From Kondoa subrosea (lineage: Eukaryota): 64,000 nt of DNA. The notes under the pieces are model-generated. The model did no database searches. It worked only from the letters and a program-made list of their open reading frames with translations, and had not been told where the DNA came from. A program made the position numbers and the translations under genes. Location: NCBI GenBank assembly GCA_039545335.1, contig BCIN01000001.1, positions 3,475,136-3,539,135 on the forward strand, given 5' to 3'. This document shows positions 24,304 to 37,466 of the stretch, one piece after another (position 1 is the stretch's first letter; each line of letters begins with the position of its first letter).

Positions 24304-25930
24304 ATGGCAACTTTCTCGCCTGAACAAGTCCAGCAGTTAAGAAGGCAACTTATAGATGTCATCTGGGCGCGGACCCATGATCCATTTACCATTCAGACAG
24401 CGATTTTGTCTTGCCTCTTTGGCATAACTCTGATTCTCGATTGTATCACTTTGTTATTACGAGGACGGCGGAAGGAAGAACGGTGGCTTATCAAGCGAAT
24501 AAAGCATAATGGCCATACGTATAGATCACCGAAGTGAGTCATTTGCCTTCACCTAAAATCTCGCGCTGACATGTCTATTAGCGGGAGTTTGATATACAAT
24601 CTCACTGCGGTGCCTTATCATGCTCGTACGCCCATTGCTGGCTTTCATTGTTCAAGCTAAATTGATGAACAGTCTTACTTGCGCAAACTGTAATCAGCTG
24701 CAATACGAGTAAAGCAAAGCATCGGTTTCCTAGTGCAAGTCATTCAAATATATTTCCATACGCCATCGTCTTTATTGCGAGTAAGCCGTTTGTCATCACC
24801 AAATGATGTGTATTTTCATCGCCTCCCACAGTCGGCGGTTGGGCTCTGATCATGTCTCGCATATACGCTGTGTGCATCAGGCATAATAATGTTCAGAGCA
24901 ACATCAAATTACCCTCCGCCAAACAACTCAACTTTCTCGCTTATTGGTTTCCTTTGCCTGTATTAGCTGGAATCATTGCAACTTCGTATGTTTCCTTCCC
25001 TCTGCAGTGAACTTCCGCTCAGCTGGACAAATAGTATACTATGGAATGTTTCTTCCGCCCGGTTCTTTAAAGCTGTATCGCAAATTATGGCAATAATCGA
25101 TCCAGCTTCTTCGACTGGCCTGACGGGCGAAGAGATTGGATTTCTTACCGTTCGAGTCAATGAAGCTATAGCCCAAGGCGATTTATACACCTTATGCAGA
25201 CGGATCTACCAATTCTTTGCTATTGGCGTATGCGCTTTCATCCTGATCGTGAGTGCTCCTCTAGCCACTCGGTTTTTGCATTGACAGAGCTGTTCAATAG
25301 GTCTACACTCCTTTCTGTATCGCTCTGCTACGAATCCTATCCCACGCCATTAGTGCTCATCACAGAATACTGAACCAATCCCCTGTTGGCATCAACAAGA
25401 CGTCTACTGCGCACGCGACTTCATCATACCATAGCGCAAAATCTCGCTATACTTATGTGAGTCTTTTAATATCTTTGTCCGTTCACATGAGCTTAGAATG
25501 AGTACAGGTCATGTTTCATTCTGCTGTGATATATCTTTATGCTACTTGTTTGATGGCAAGCGCCGCTATGTCATTAAGAGCAGGAGTGGGAATGAGATTA
25601 TATTCCGTTCCAATCCTCTTTTACTTCTGGTAAGTTTTGCTTTCTACTTTCGGGATTGAGTGACTTATTTAGAATTTCAATAGGATCAATGCAGTCTTTG
25701 GTCTTTCAGTCGCTATTCCCTTCACTTACGATGCAATTAGGAAAAAACGACAATTAATAATACCTAGACCTTCACCAAGCATCAAAGGGAAACCGTTGAT
25801 TGGATTTGTTGAAGTTCAACAATCGTTTACGGTGACGATAGAAGAGCATGCGAACGCAAGGGAGATTCGATTGGCGAAGGAATTGGAATTGGCTTTTGAG
25901 AGGAAGGAGAAGACTGAGTTGGAGAAATAG
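24304..25930 (+). CDS. Multi-pass membrane protein of unknown function (about 6-7 hydrophobic segments)
   Basis: AILSCLFGITLILDCITLLL..WLIKR..YRSPN, further TM exons (FFAIGVCAFILI, SAVISLCYLF, PILFYFW, AVFGLSVAIPF), charged C-terminus. Confidence 0.55.
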
Positions 25931-26026
25931 AATGACTGCTGGTCAGTCAAGCGGGATTGTAAGAGCATAGCACTGTGTATTATAGAACTGCATTTCAAAC
26001 ACTTTACCTGTTTTCGAAAATCCGTA

Positions 26027-27893
26027 ATGCAAGGTCAACTGAATACCATGACAGCTGTTGCATCCACTTCGAGCCAGCCTTTGGAGGTTATACCTACTCT
26101 TATGGAGGATGATACACAGACAAGTGCAGCTGCAGTCGAAGCGAATCCTCTGGACAATTTACCACCTTTATCAGAATTGATCAAACGTTCCGTTCAACGC
26201 ACTCGCACATTGTTCCATTCTCCAGCTGTAGCAGATCCGGATGCAAACATAGAAACGACCAAAGTGAAGGTTGCAGCCAAGTTATCGAGCGAATACAGGG
26301 ATTCTCAAACTTTACCTGCTGCTCTTCTGGCTCAACAATCTGGTGCTTCTGGTCCTGCTAGACCTGGTCCAAGTGCTGCACCTGCTCCGCCAAGTAATAG
26401 GAAGATGATTACCGCCGGAGGAACAGAAGCTATAGTTGATCAAGTTTCAGCGAAACAAAGGTTTGTCGTTCATGCCCTCTCGTGGATGCTTGAATTGTAG
26501 CTTAAGCGTTGCTTCATCGACGACAGTTCTGCTATGACTTTACATGCAGCACAAAAACAACCTTCCCTCTTATCCCAATCCTTAATCAAACGAAAAGAAG
26601 CAAGACAAGTCAAACCAGATTATCACCCTCAATGGAAACTGCATCGTGTTTTATCAGGTCATTTAGGTTGGGTTAGAGCAGTAGCTGTTGAACCTGGGAA
26701 TCAATGGTTTGCTACCGGTGCTGGAGATCGGATCATCAAGATATGGAATTTGGCAACGGGCGAACTCAAGTTATCCCTGACGGGTCATATTTCTACCGTG
26801 AGAGGATTGGCAGTTAGTCCTAGACATCCGTATCTGTTCTCTTGTGGTGAAGACAAGGTTTGTTGATACACTACCTTTCGCCCTGTTCACGGCTGAGGCG
26901 AGTGTAACATCACAAACAGATGGTCAAATGCTGGGATTTGGAAGTCAACAAAGTCATTAGATCGTATCATGGACATCTTTCAGGCGTCTACTCTCTTTCT
27001 TTACACCCTACTCTCGATGTGCTGGTTACTGCTGGCCGAGATGCTTCAGCAAGAGTTTGGGATATGCGAACGAAAGCTCAGATTCATGTTCTTGGAGGTC
27101 ATACGGCTACTGTGTCAGATGTCAAGTGCCAAGATAGCGATCCTCAAGTAATTACTGGAAGCATGGATTCGACCATCAGGTGTGTCCCATCCAGTTACTT
27201 TTTCAATCTTATCTGACTGGTCAATGTAGGTTATGGGATCTGGCGGCAGGTAAAATTCAATTCCCATCTATCATTTTCTGCAACTGATGGGTGAGCAAAG
27301 GCAAAACTATGACTCAATTAACGCATCACCACAAATCCGTTCGAGCGCTTACAATACATCCAACGGAGTATAGTTTCGCTTCTGGATCAGCGGGAGGCAA
27401 CAACATCAAGAAATGGAAATTCCCTGAAGGTTCTTTCGTTCACAATTTCGCTGGTCATGATGCTATCATCAACTCTGTGAATGTCAATCATGATGGTGTC
27501 TTCTTCTCGGGAGGTGAGAGTGGATACGACCAAGCTTCAGACTCGACTCTGATGCTCGAATAACCCCTTCTTTCACAGCCGATAATGGTACAATGACATG
27601 GTGGGAGTAAGTCTCGCTCGTGTTGTGCCTATTGAATACGTACTAATACCCTTGTGTCCAGCTACAAGACTGGTCTACCTTTCCAAACAATGTCAGATAT
27701 CCCTCAACCTGGTTCATTGGATGCGGAAGCTGGCATTTTCGCTTCATCTTTCGATCAGACAGGATCTCGCCTTATCGTAGGCTGCGCAGACAAATCAATC
27801 AAAGTCTACAGGGAGTTGTGTAAGTGCTAATGCTCTCCTGCTGCGTCTCATACAAATGACTACCACTCTACAGAAACACAAGCAGGGAAATAA
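26027..27893 (+). CDS. PRP46: Pre-mRNA splicing factor Prp46/PLRG1 (WD40)
   Basis: [80 protein letters not shown]. Confidence 0.96.
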
Positions 27894-28040
27894 GAGGGTA
27901 TTGAGAATGCATGCTAAGTATTGTACAAAAGGAAATGCATCTTCATGGTGCTGTGTCATTGTCTCTCTACTGCGCTGACCTATTGTTTCGGTTTCACGAA
28001 AAGCTCATAAGACGTCTAGCAAAGATTTGAGCTCTCGTAT

Positions 28041-29733
28041 TCAAGCCGTCGGCAGTGATGCGACACTCACGTTCGCTCGCGCAGCACCAGCATTGTTCCC
28101 TCTCCAGTTCTTGTCTTTCCCTGGCCAAATTCCGTTGCTTTCTGTGCCATCAAGGTCGATCATTTTGAACTCTTCTCCTTGTTCTCGTATACCATTCTTC
28201 TTCATCTCTACCAAAGACGTATCAAAGTCAAATCTATCTAGCAGTAAGACCAAAGCCAGCAGAATTTCAGTGAAAGCAAAAGTCTTTCCAGCGCATTTCG
28301 AGACTCCTCCACCAAAGCTGAACAGATTCTTGATTCTTTTCTCTCCTTCTGTTCCTAAGAATCGATCCGCTTTGAAAGTGAGGGGCTCTTCCCATATTGA
28401 TGGATCGGTATGGATTGCTCGCATAGGCGCCAGGACCATTTGACCTTTGGGTATATAAACTTGATGATCTTTGGTTGCCAAAACAGTATCTTGCATTGCC
28501 CTGCGAGCTGAGATGACAGTAGTCCTCAATCGAAGGATTTCATTAATCAAAGCGGTGAGATGTGGCAAGGAAGACAGAAGAGTTGTTGCTGAGACATCTG
28601 GTTTGCCGTCATCCGTTCGAGGCAGAGATGAGATCTCTCGTTTGACTGCTGAAAGCATAGCAGGTAATTGAAGTAGATGTATGAGAGTGAGAGCGGTAAT
28701 GGGCGATGCGTTTGTGACCGAAACTGTAGCATATTTTCCATTAGTGGTCTACAAAGCAGAACAGATACAGCGCTTACCCCAAAGTAGAATCGCGTAAGAA
28801 AGGCCGACTTCATGATCGTTCCAGCCTGCTCCTTCACCTTGCATCCGACCGGCTTCCTGCATAACGACAGAGGCCTGCACTTGTCCATTCTGCTTCACAT
28901 ACTCCTCACAAACAGCCACTAAATCCTTGTACGCTTTCGTTCCAGGACCGCCAAGGAATCTCTCCGCAATGGGACGGACTTCAGGTCTAAGGGTAGCTAT
29001 CATTGCCATCGCTCCGAACTCATTTTCGAAAGCCTTGACGAGTGTAGGTATCTTCTCCACAGGCATCTTAGGTCCAAAAAGCGCCTGAACGGTGACTCGA
29101 GTCATCAACTCGTAGATAGAAGCGTACAGGTCAAGCCGAGCTCCTTCTGGTCCGATCTTCTTGCTGAAGCTGGCTAGTTCTGCATAACTGTATTTTGCGA
29201 AAGCGCCAAAGAGCTGGTCCAATGATCCCAATTGTAGTTTCTTGTGCAGCATATGTTCTACATCTTGGAAAGCTTTGAAGAACACATCATCTGTTCGCTT
29301 CTCTTTCGGTAAGCCCAGAAGATCGAAATCCTGCCCGTTCTATAAGACAGTGAAGCATACAAGCGTAATTTAACATACCATGTCTCGCTTGACTGGCTCA
29401 TATGACAAGGATTTGTAGTCGGAATAGAACTTCCGTACTAAATCAATAGAGAAGATATAGGTCTGAGGAGGCAAGACATTCAAGGGAACTAGCGATCCAA
29501 GATGAACTAGAGATGAGATGCAGCGACGACTGAGCGAAACGAAGCGCACAGATAACATCAAAGTATGGCTTCGACCTGTGCTTTGAGAAGAAGTCATCTG
29601 GTTTCTCGTTCATTTCGCCCAAGGCAGCCAATGCAGCCAATCTACTCTTGATTCGAGGGATAGCATAACAAAGCAAGATAGTTGAGCAGATTGCGATTAA
29701 CGTGTAGGCGTCTTTGAACAGCAAGGAAGCCAT
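28041..29733 (-). CDS. Cytochrome P450 with CYP7/CYP8-like signature
   Basis: N-terminal TM, I-helix LLW|VSVTNASP, ExxR (NEILR), FKADRF, haem motif FSFGGGVSKCAG. Confidence 0.9.
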
Positions 29734-30079
29734 CTTAGAACGGAAGCAGCTGTGCTCTTGTTGGAGACGGTGGTTTCACATAGAGGCGTCGCAGGCGAAG
29801 AGCTGCAGCGCTAGTGCAAGCCTCACGTGGCCGTATCAATCGAAGCCAGATTCATTAGTAAGCGAGCTTTCGACCACAATCCATGACTTCGGTCCTGAGC
29901 CAGACAGATGCTTGATGCTTCTCTTGCAATAGTGTACCGCAGTCATGCGCGGTGTATCAGACGGACGTTATGTTTCTCCCATTTCAGACTTTCTAGCTCT
30001 CGCTCTGCGCTTCTGCGCAGCCGTACTTGAAGACTCTCTCAGCCTCTCTCGTAGAACAATTCATTTGATATTTATCTTC

Positions 30080-31194
30080 CTGCTCAGAATCTCGATTCTG
30101 TCTCGCTATTTCCTGTCCAATACCACGAACCTAGGGTTCGCTGCAAATATAAGCGAATTGATGGAAATCCTGTTGCCAACTGCGCCATGACTTAGAAAAA
30201 GTTAAAACGTATAAGAAGTGACCTTACTGCGTGCAATAATATTGGCTTGCTTCTTTAATTTTTGGTTTTCCGCCTGTTCCAGATCCTCTTTCGTAGCGTA
30301 GACAGCTCTCAATTCCTACAAACAGCGAGAAAATTGATTCTATAGCGGAATGGTGCTAATACAAGCTTCATCATAGCTTGGAAGGTCAACCTCTTTCCGC
30401 TGTCTAGTGAAGCCTTGAGACTGGGTAATACAGGACAGCGACACGACTTACCTTTCAAAGTATAGACGACGAGCAGCCAAGCAGTACTGCAATGCTAACT
30501 CATCCAAGCCAGGTCCAGCAATAATGCCTTTTGAAGTGACCTGCAGCAAGCGGCTTGTCGACCATTCCTCCTTCTACCATTCAATCTGTGAAAACATGAA
30601 AACCAAGGAGATACAACGGACGGATAACCTACTGGACCCTTTGGAAGCAATCTGAGCAAATCGGATAGTATCTCTGAACAAGATATGAGCTATAAGTCGG
30701 ACTGGAACAGGGTGCAAGTACGTTGGAAGGCATAAATCTGGAATGCACACAAGCTTAAGCTCTCGCAATACTACAGACGAGTAGTGCTTCACCTTTGCGT
30801 GCTTTACTGAGAGCAGTACTTCTCGTTTCCGTTCATGATCCAGCCCAGCCGACAAAGCGCATAAAGCCGCTTGTAGATCCCTCTGCTGTCGCTCAATGAC
30901 GCTCCGCTTGATTTTAACGCCATATATGGTAAATGTTCTCGTCCAGGTATGATAAGCAAAGGTATCTTGCTGCGACATCGGAGAACGAGATCAACCCTAG
31001 CAAAGTTCGGAATTCTCAAATAGGGGGGATGATCGATGATGTCCCACACTTGTCCCACTAACGTCCCACATCCACTTACAACATCCAATGTCCAGCAAGT
31101 CTCTGCTTACAATTCGCAAGGCTGATAGTGTTTGGACTTCGGAGCCCGGAAGCCTTGAGGTCAAGAACAATAGTAGCCATGATGTAATAGACAC
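30080..31194 (-). other. Poorly resolved hypothetical gene or relic with an F-box-like fragment
   Basis: LSALRIVSRDLLDIGC..W segment and several exon-like pieces flanked by GT/AG. No ATG or consistent frame found. Confidence 0.25.
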
Positions 31195-32877
31195 TATTGT
31201 AATGCATTTTCTTTCTTTTGATGAGCCGCCTCTTCGTCCTCTACATTGAAAACAACTTCTTCCACTCTCGCATCATCCGCCTCCTTCACCGCAGCCTTCT
31301 TCCCGCTTTGTTTTTGCATCACAACTCCTATTGCACTTCCAACAATAATCGTGCTGCCCAACAATGACAATAGATCTGGCGAGCGATGGAAGACGAGATG
31401 TTCCAGTACTAGAGCCATAGGCATTTGGACATAGCCCGCTGTAAACAGACTATTGAGGTTTCGGATAAATTGGGAACGCCAACAAAGCTTACCGATAGTC
31501 GCTCGACCTGCTTTCTCGCGCTGTAATCCCATCGTGAGTAATACTTGGGCTAAGAATCCCATCACTCCGATCTACAGCAAGAGCGTCAGTACAATTTGAA
31601 ATAATGTAGCATGAGAAGATTTACGAGTAGCAGAAGTAGCAACAGATTGGAGTGAGGCATCACAGGTCTTTGCGATGGTATCACGAAAGATAAAATGGCG
31701 GAAATGACACACTGTAGGGGGAAATCATCAATGAGATTAGCGAATGAAGCTAAACACGTCAAGAACCACCTACGGTATAGTACGAAAAGTATAGAATACT
31801 ATGTAAAGCTGTTGCTCGTTTCCCTATCACGCGTATGGTAAGATAGGCGCCTGTCAAAAACTCTTGAGGTCCGACTGGAGCAACAGAAATATCGAAGATT
31901 GACCTGTCGCCCCGCAAACTCCAACAAGACTTATCAAAACAGCTGTGACCCTCTCTGATTCCGTCACTAGTCTTCCTTCGCTATGGCAGTCAAAAAGCAT
32001 AAACATGAGCGGACATTGATGCTGTTGTAGTCTTGACATACTGCATTATTGGTGTCGCATCAGCGGGATCGAAGAGTGCAGAAGGTTTGGCAATCAGAAC
32101 AACGCCTAGAAGGGACACTACTGCCGCTAGAGCTTCTCTCATAGTATAAGGTTCGTGTAAGAGGAAGAAGGCGACTATTCCTGTCAGAAGTGGTGTGAGG
32201 AAAGTGAGACAGACGGAATCTGATAGACTGAGATAGCCAAGAGACTAGAATTGCAAATTTGAATCCGAATCAGCAGGAGAAAGATGTAGAAGGAACGCAC
32301 GTAGTAGAGAGACGCAATTCCAAAGAACCCGACAGCGCCCCGAAGAACGAGCAGTTTTCTGACTTCCGGCGGACCTAAAGCAGGATGCTCGATTCCAGCC
32401 GCTCGCATGTATCCATAGCATCCAGCTCCAGTGATCAGCATGCGTACTGGGTAGTAATTAAATCAGCATGATACTGTAGTTCTATTTTGGCATCGACTTA
32501 CTGAACATCAATTCACAAGTTGGTATCGAATCCTTGTTTGTTGAGAAGATCGCAACGAGGACATTGATAGTACAGAAAAAGACCGAAGCAGCACAGACGA
32601 GGAGAAAGCCGACATTGCGCTGCCAAAGAAGTTGCGCTTTAGCCCAATACTGATGCGCAGCTGAACCTGGAGATAATCGGGAAGCAGGAGAAGAAGAAAC
32701 TGAAAGAGGTAGCAGCAGAGGCTCTCTGCTTTGATTGCGACTGTGTTTGCTAGGTAATCGAGCTGCAGTTGAGATTTCTGGCTCATCTTCGTTATCGGAC
32801 TCGTAATCGACTGTCGATGTCCTGTTGGCTTCCGTCAGATGGACTGCACCTTGCTGCTGCTGGGATAGTCGGCTCAT
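31194..32877 (-). CDS. EamA/DMT superfamily transporter (YMR253C-like)
   Basis: NVGFLLV, RMLIT, LGPPEVRKLLVLRGAVGFFG, AAVVSLLGVVLIAKP, TIRVIGKRATALHS, GFLAQVLLTMGLQREKAGRA. Confidence 0.9.
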
Positions 32878-33017
32878 CGCTGCCTATGTCCAAGATTTGG
32901 TCCTTTTCTCTTGTCGTCGAGTCAGCGATATACCTCTCTCAAAGATACCTCTGTCGGGTTGCTAGACCAGCTAGGCATATAGTTAGCCCATGCCTGCGCA
33001 CTGACAGCCTCTTCAAG

Positions 33018-33887
33018 ATGGTGTCAAAGGCCAATGACGCGCTCGCAGGCTTTCTGGACTTACCCTCTGAATTGCGGTCAGCCTGCTTGGAATGGCTAGA
33101 AGCAAAGTCTCTCTTGCCTATGCTCTCCGTATCGCATGATTTCTCCTCCCTCATCGATTCCATTCTGAGGCAACGCTTTCTGGATCTGATAACTCCTTCT
33201 CGACGCGATCCAGATCTACAAGCTTCTTTGCACTTCGAATGCAATACACCATCAGATATAACTAAGATGCTTCAACATCCTTTACGCTACGACTCCTTCT
33301 CCTCCTTTGATCCACTCAAATCTACTCTTGCACAATTTCAATTCATCACTTCCTCCTCTCAAGAACCTCTATCAAATCGCGTACGCTTTCAAATGGACGC
33401 AACGCAATCGTTTGAAACTTTCCTACTGGCAGTTAAATTAACTTATCAACGCTCTTCACGTCTTTCTTACGCACCAAACGATTTCACAATTGCCGAAGGG
33501 TTAGAAAGGGTTTGGCGTACATGGTTTGACGTCTTTAATAAACAAGATGACGATGATCTGGATTCTGGGTTCAGCGCATTAGGGTTGAAGGAAATGAAGA
33601 GGGATGAAATTGCTCCGATGCACCATTCAACAAGAGAACTAACAATCGATTCAACTATTGCAAAAGCTACGCTGTATCTACATCGACCACCTGCCGCAGA
33701 TCAACAGGGCAAACAACAGAGTGAGAGAGGGTCAGCGTTGTTTCATCAATTGGAATCGTATGAATTCTCTTGGGAAGAAGTCTGCTTGAATGTTGCTAGG
33801 GTGATAGTTGCGGTCGAAGAGGCTGAGAAAAGGAAGACGCAAAGGGTCGTCTTGTTTGTTGGTGGTCATTTGCTTCCACTCATCTAA
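33018..33887 (+). CDS. Intronless F-box protein
   Basis: FLDLPSELRSACLEWLEAKSLLPMLSVSHDFSSLI is an F-box consensus. Uninterrupted ORF. Confidence 0.75.
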   Translation: MVSKANDALAGFLDLPSELRSACLEWLEAKSLLPMLSVSHDFSSLIDSILRQRFLDLITPSRRDPDLQASLHFECNTPSDITKMLQHPLRYDSFSSFDPLKSTLAQFQFITSSSQEPLSNRVRFQMDATQSFETFLLAVKLTYQRSSRLSYAPNDFTIAEGLERVWRTWFDVFNKQDDDDLDSGFSALGLKEMKRDEIAPMHHSTRELTIDSTIAKATLYLHRPPAADQQGKQQSERGSALFHQLESYEFSWEEVCLNVARVIVAVEEAEKRKTQRVVLFVGGHLLPLI

Positions 33888-34143
33888 CAGATTTCCCGAA
33901 AGCTCATTGTTTCGTCTAGGCGGAAGAACGTCGACTAACGTCACCGCAAATACAAATAATGAAACCGCAAATACTGCTCGCACAGCAAGAAGCGCAAGTT
34001 GGGCGAGATCGTTGATGGACAGTCTTAATAATCGCTAGGTCCCCGAATATCGTTTGTAGGTACACCGTCAAGAGACCTAGCGTGTTGTGTATACTGTAGA
34101 GCATGTGTGGCATATTGTAACATTCGCTTGTAATAAGGTTCTC

Positions 34144-35368
34144 ATGACACAATCACTCGCTCTCGATGATCTTATTGAGCAGCTGAAGAGTTCCAATATC
34201 GCTGTAGCAGATGAGCTGCTTGCTCTTGACTCCATCTTTGAGCCTGGATCAATCAGTCCTCTCGATTCAACTTTCACACCCAAATCTACTTTACATTTAC
34301 GCTTCTCTGCCTCTCTTCCTGAGCATAATGTACCTGTCTCTTTCATCATTTCTTTGCCTCCTGAATATCCGGACTCGAAACCTCCGATGTTGCAGCTCGA
34401 GAGCAAGTACATAGGTGCGCACATCCAAGTCAATCTAGGCTCTATGCCTTATCGTGAAGGATTTGTTGCACAGGCGACTTTGCGGTCGACTCAAACCTCT
34501 TTGGGTCGATCACTCGAACGTATATGCATGAAGACGCAGCGTGGACAGCAGGAACAGAAGGACTTTATGAAGGCCTGTCGATAGCTCAGACACTCTGTCA
34601 AGATTGGTATGAAGATCACTTGTCTACTTTAGCTGCTCGCCAACCTGCTACGAGAAGTCCTTCGCCTGAACCTTCCTCTGAATCTTCACTTCCGCCCGTT
34701 CAGATATCTCAAGCGGAAGTACGATTGCCTCCAGGCGTTTCTATCGTGAGACACAGTTGATCCTTTAGCTCATGGTGAAGCTGAGATTCGATTGCTCGGT
34801 GCTCACAGACATCCTCTGAACCAATATTGGATCGGAAATCAGTCTTTATCGGTCATTGCGCTTCACCTATTTCGAATCCAGATCAAATACCGCAGATTAT
34901 AGCCTACTTACTAAGGGATAAGAAGATAGCCAAAGCTTCGCATAATGTTTCGTTCGTTTCTGTCTTCAGCTTACTTATTGTCCATTTAAATGTGCATTTC
35001 CAGAGCCTGGAGGTGTACTACCGCCGAGGGACTAGTCTATCATGATTCAGATGACGATGGAGAATCAGCTGCAGGAGGCAGATTGGCTCATTTGCTTGAA
35101 TTGATCCCGGTTGAGAATTGCTTGGTCGTAGTTAGCAGGTGGTTCGGCGGCATTCATTTGTCAGTTCAATCAAGTAATGCATCTGGAGTCTACTGATGGG
35201 ATGAAACTGGGATGACAGAGGAGCAGACCGCTTCAAGCACATCAATTCTGTAAGTTCAGTACTGATGTATTAGCATCGCTTGACTCGTCAGCACAGGCAG
35301 CGCGTTCGGCGATAGAAGCAGCGGGACTGCTAGAGGATAGTAAAAGCAGTAGAAAGAAGAAGAAATAG
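34144..35368 (+). CDS. YIH1: IMPACT/Yih1 (RWD + UPF0029)
   Basis: DELLALDSIF, LPPEYPDSKPP, DRKSVFIGH, IAKASHN, DSDDDGESAAGGRLAHLL, VVVSRWFGGIHL|GADRFKHIN. Confidence 0.93.
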
Positions 35369-35433
35369 CCTCGAAGCACTTTTGTAATTAGCCTAGCCCG
35401 CATAATTTTGCATGTCACCACTGTACAAGAACC

Positions 35434-37242
35434 TCAATCATAGTCTTTCCTTGATTTTTTACTTTTGCTACCTCGACTTGACTCCTTGTCGTCTTCAGCT
35501 CGCCGTTTCCTAGCGCATGGGACATCAAGCTCGTTTCGAATTTCTTCTGATGTACATTGACTCACGATGACGCAGCAGGACTATGACTCCTGCTTCGACT
35601 CCTCTCTGGAGACTGGCTTCTAGACTTGTCTTTTCTACGAATGCGCTGAAATTCGTCCTCGCTGTCATCCGAGTAATCCTTTCTCCTGCTACCTCTTGAT
35701 CGTCTACTTTTCCTTCCACTTCGACTGCTCTCAGAAGGTTGATCTCCGTAATCAAGCCCATCGCCATTTGCTGCCGATCCGGAAGCATCTTTATCTCGAT
35801 AGTAAGAACTTGATTTCCCTCGCCCTCCACTGCTCGCTGCTCGAGGTCCTTCTGGTATAGGTCCTCCAGCTTTTCTTGGACCGGTAGGTATATTTGCTGG
35901 TAGAGGCGAAACAGCTCTTGGACCAGTCGGCACAGCGACAGGTGCAGCATTGGTTCCACCTTTTGCAGCAAGACCAAACGGATTGCTTCCTTTTGCACCG
36001 CCGAATCGTTTCCCTCTTCCTCTTCCGCCTCCTTGACTGTAAGCATCATCGTATCCACCATACGGGTCATAGCCTTGAGCATAACCTTCTTCGTCATACT
36101 GTTCAGCTCCAGCCATAGCAGCCATCCCACTCATGTCCTGCATACCAGCCATAGCCATTGCAGACATATCAGGCATCATAGCAGGATTCATCATTCCCGG
36201 TGCACCAAACGGCATCATTCCACCACCAGCAGCAGCAGCACCAAAAGAAGACATGATTGTTTGCATCATGACACCTTTCAATTCAGGAGGTAAAGAATTC
36301 CAAGCTTCTTGAACCGAAACTTTTGCAAACCCTGAAAAAGGGTTCTCCTTCATCTTTTCGGATTCTTCTCGACTTTGTTTTTGTTGAGCTACGTAAACTC
36401 GCCAAGAAGTTTCGTCGAAACCGTAGTTGAAGTAATCGGCTACATGAGCTCCTGGTAAAGTCCATGGTTTGGATTCGAGTGAGTCAAGGTCTACATCTAG
36501 AAGTGAGGTTTGGTCATCTACTAAAGCTGGAGTCGTGAGATCTGGTGGATTGGCTGGGTCGTCGTAATTTATACTGGGTGAAGGAGCATTGGTTGGTGGT
36601 AGAGTGCGAAGGAATTGAGTGTTTGAAGGAGGCAGAAGAGGGAAAGTAGCTTCTTGTTGAAGCTGGGATTGTTGATCTTGTATTTGCTGTTGAAGTTGTG
36701 CAGCATTGACTGTCAATCATAGGTGTCAAAACATCACTCATACTGGTTTTCGACAAGCAGACTGACTATTTGGTGCTGCTCCCCAAGTCCGATGCGGGCC
36801 TCTCCTGCACAACAACAAAGGTCAAGAAGAGCTCACGCCTCCAGACTGAATGTTACTTACCTGACCTCCTGCGCAGGTACAGTAGGCGCAGAAGGATCAG
36901 CTTCCAAGATGATTTCGACATCCTATCGCGAATTCGTCAGACTAGCGACTGAGATCAAACATACAACGCACAGAATCGCTTTCTGCTTCATCCATGTCCT
37001 CGCCTGAATCTTGCTGAGCTTCATTGCCAGATTGCGCTGTTCTGTATGCAGGTTGACAAACTCTTAGCCAAACGAACGGCAAAGCTGTGCATGACATACG
37101 AAGCAGGAGCAGTTTCTGTTTGAGCTGTCGTAGTCTCGGCTACAGCTTCAGAGTCTCCGTAGAGAAATGCGTCGTCTTCATCCCTGGCCGAATTTCATGA
37201 CTTTGAGCGTGAATACCGCCTGGTGTAGCGTAGTACGCACAT
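35434..37242 (-). CDS. FIP1: Polyadenylation factor Fip1
   Basis: [11 protein letters not shown] start, [30 protein letters not shown]ip1 motif, RS-rich tail. Confidence 0.92.
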
Positions 37243-37466
37243 TTCGAGCTCGCTAGGTGTCTATGAGACCAATGTGGAATCTAAGGACTTGGTATAAATC
37301 GCTGTGCGAGCAAGAAATGTTGCTTGATCCATCTCGGCGAAGTCATCGTCTAGCTGTTCTGCTGCTGTGCCTTCTACTATTCCCTTTGAGACTCTCTATT
37401 TTCCTAATAACCATAGCTATACTGTTTCGTTGTTTTCTCCCTCGCTCAAGTTCCAATTTCAGAAGC

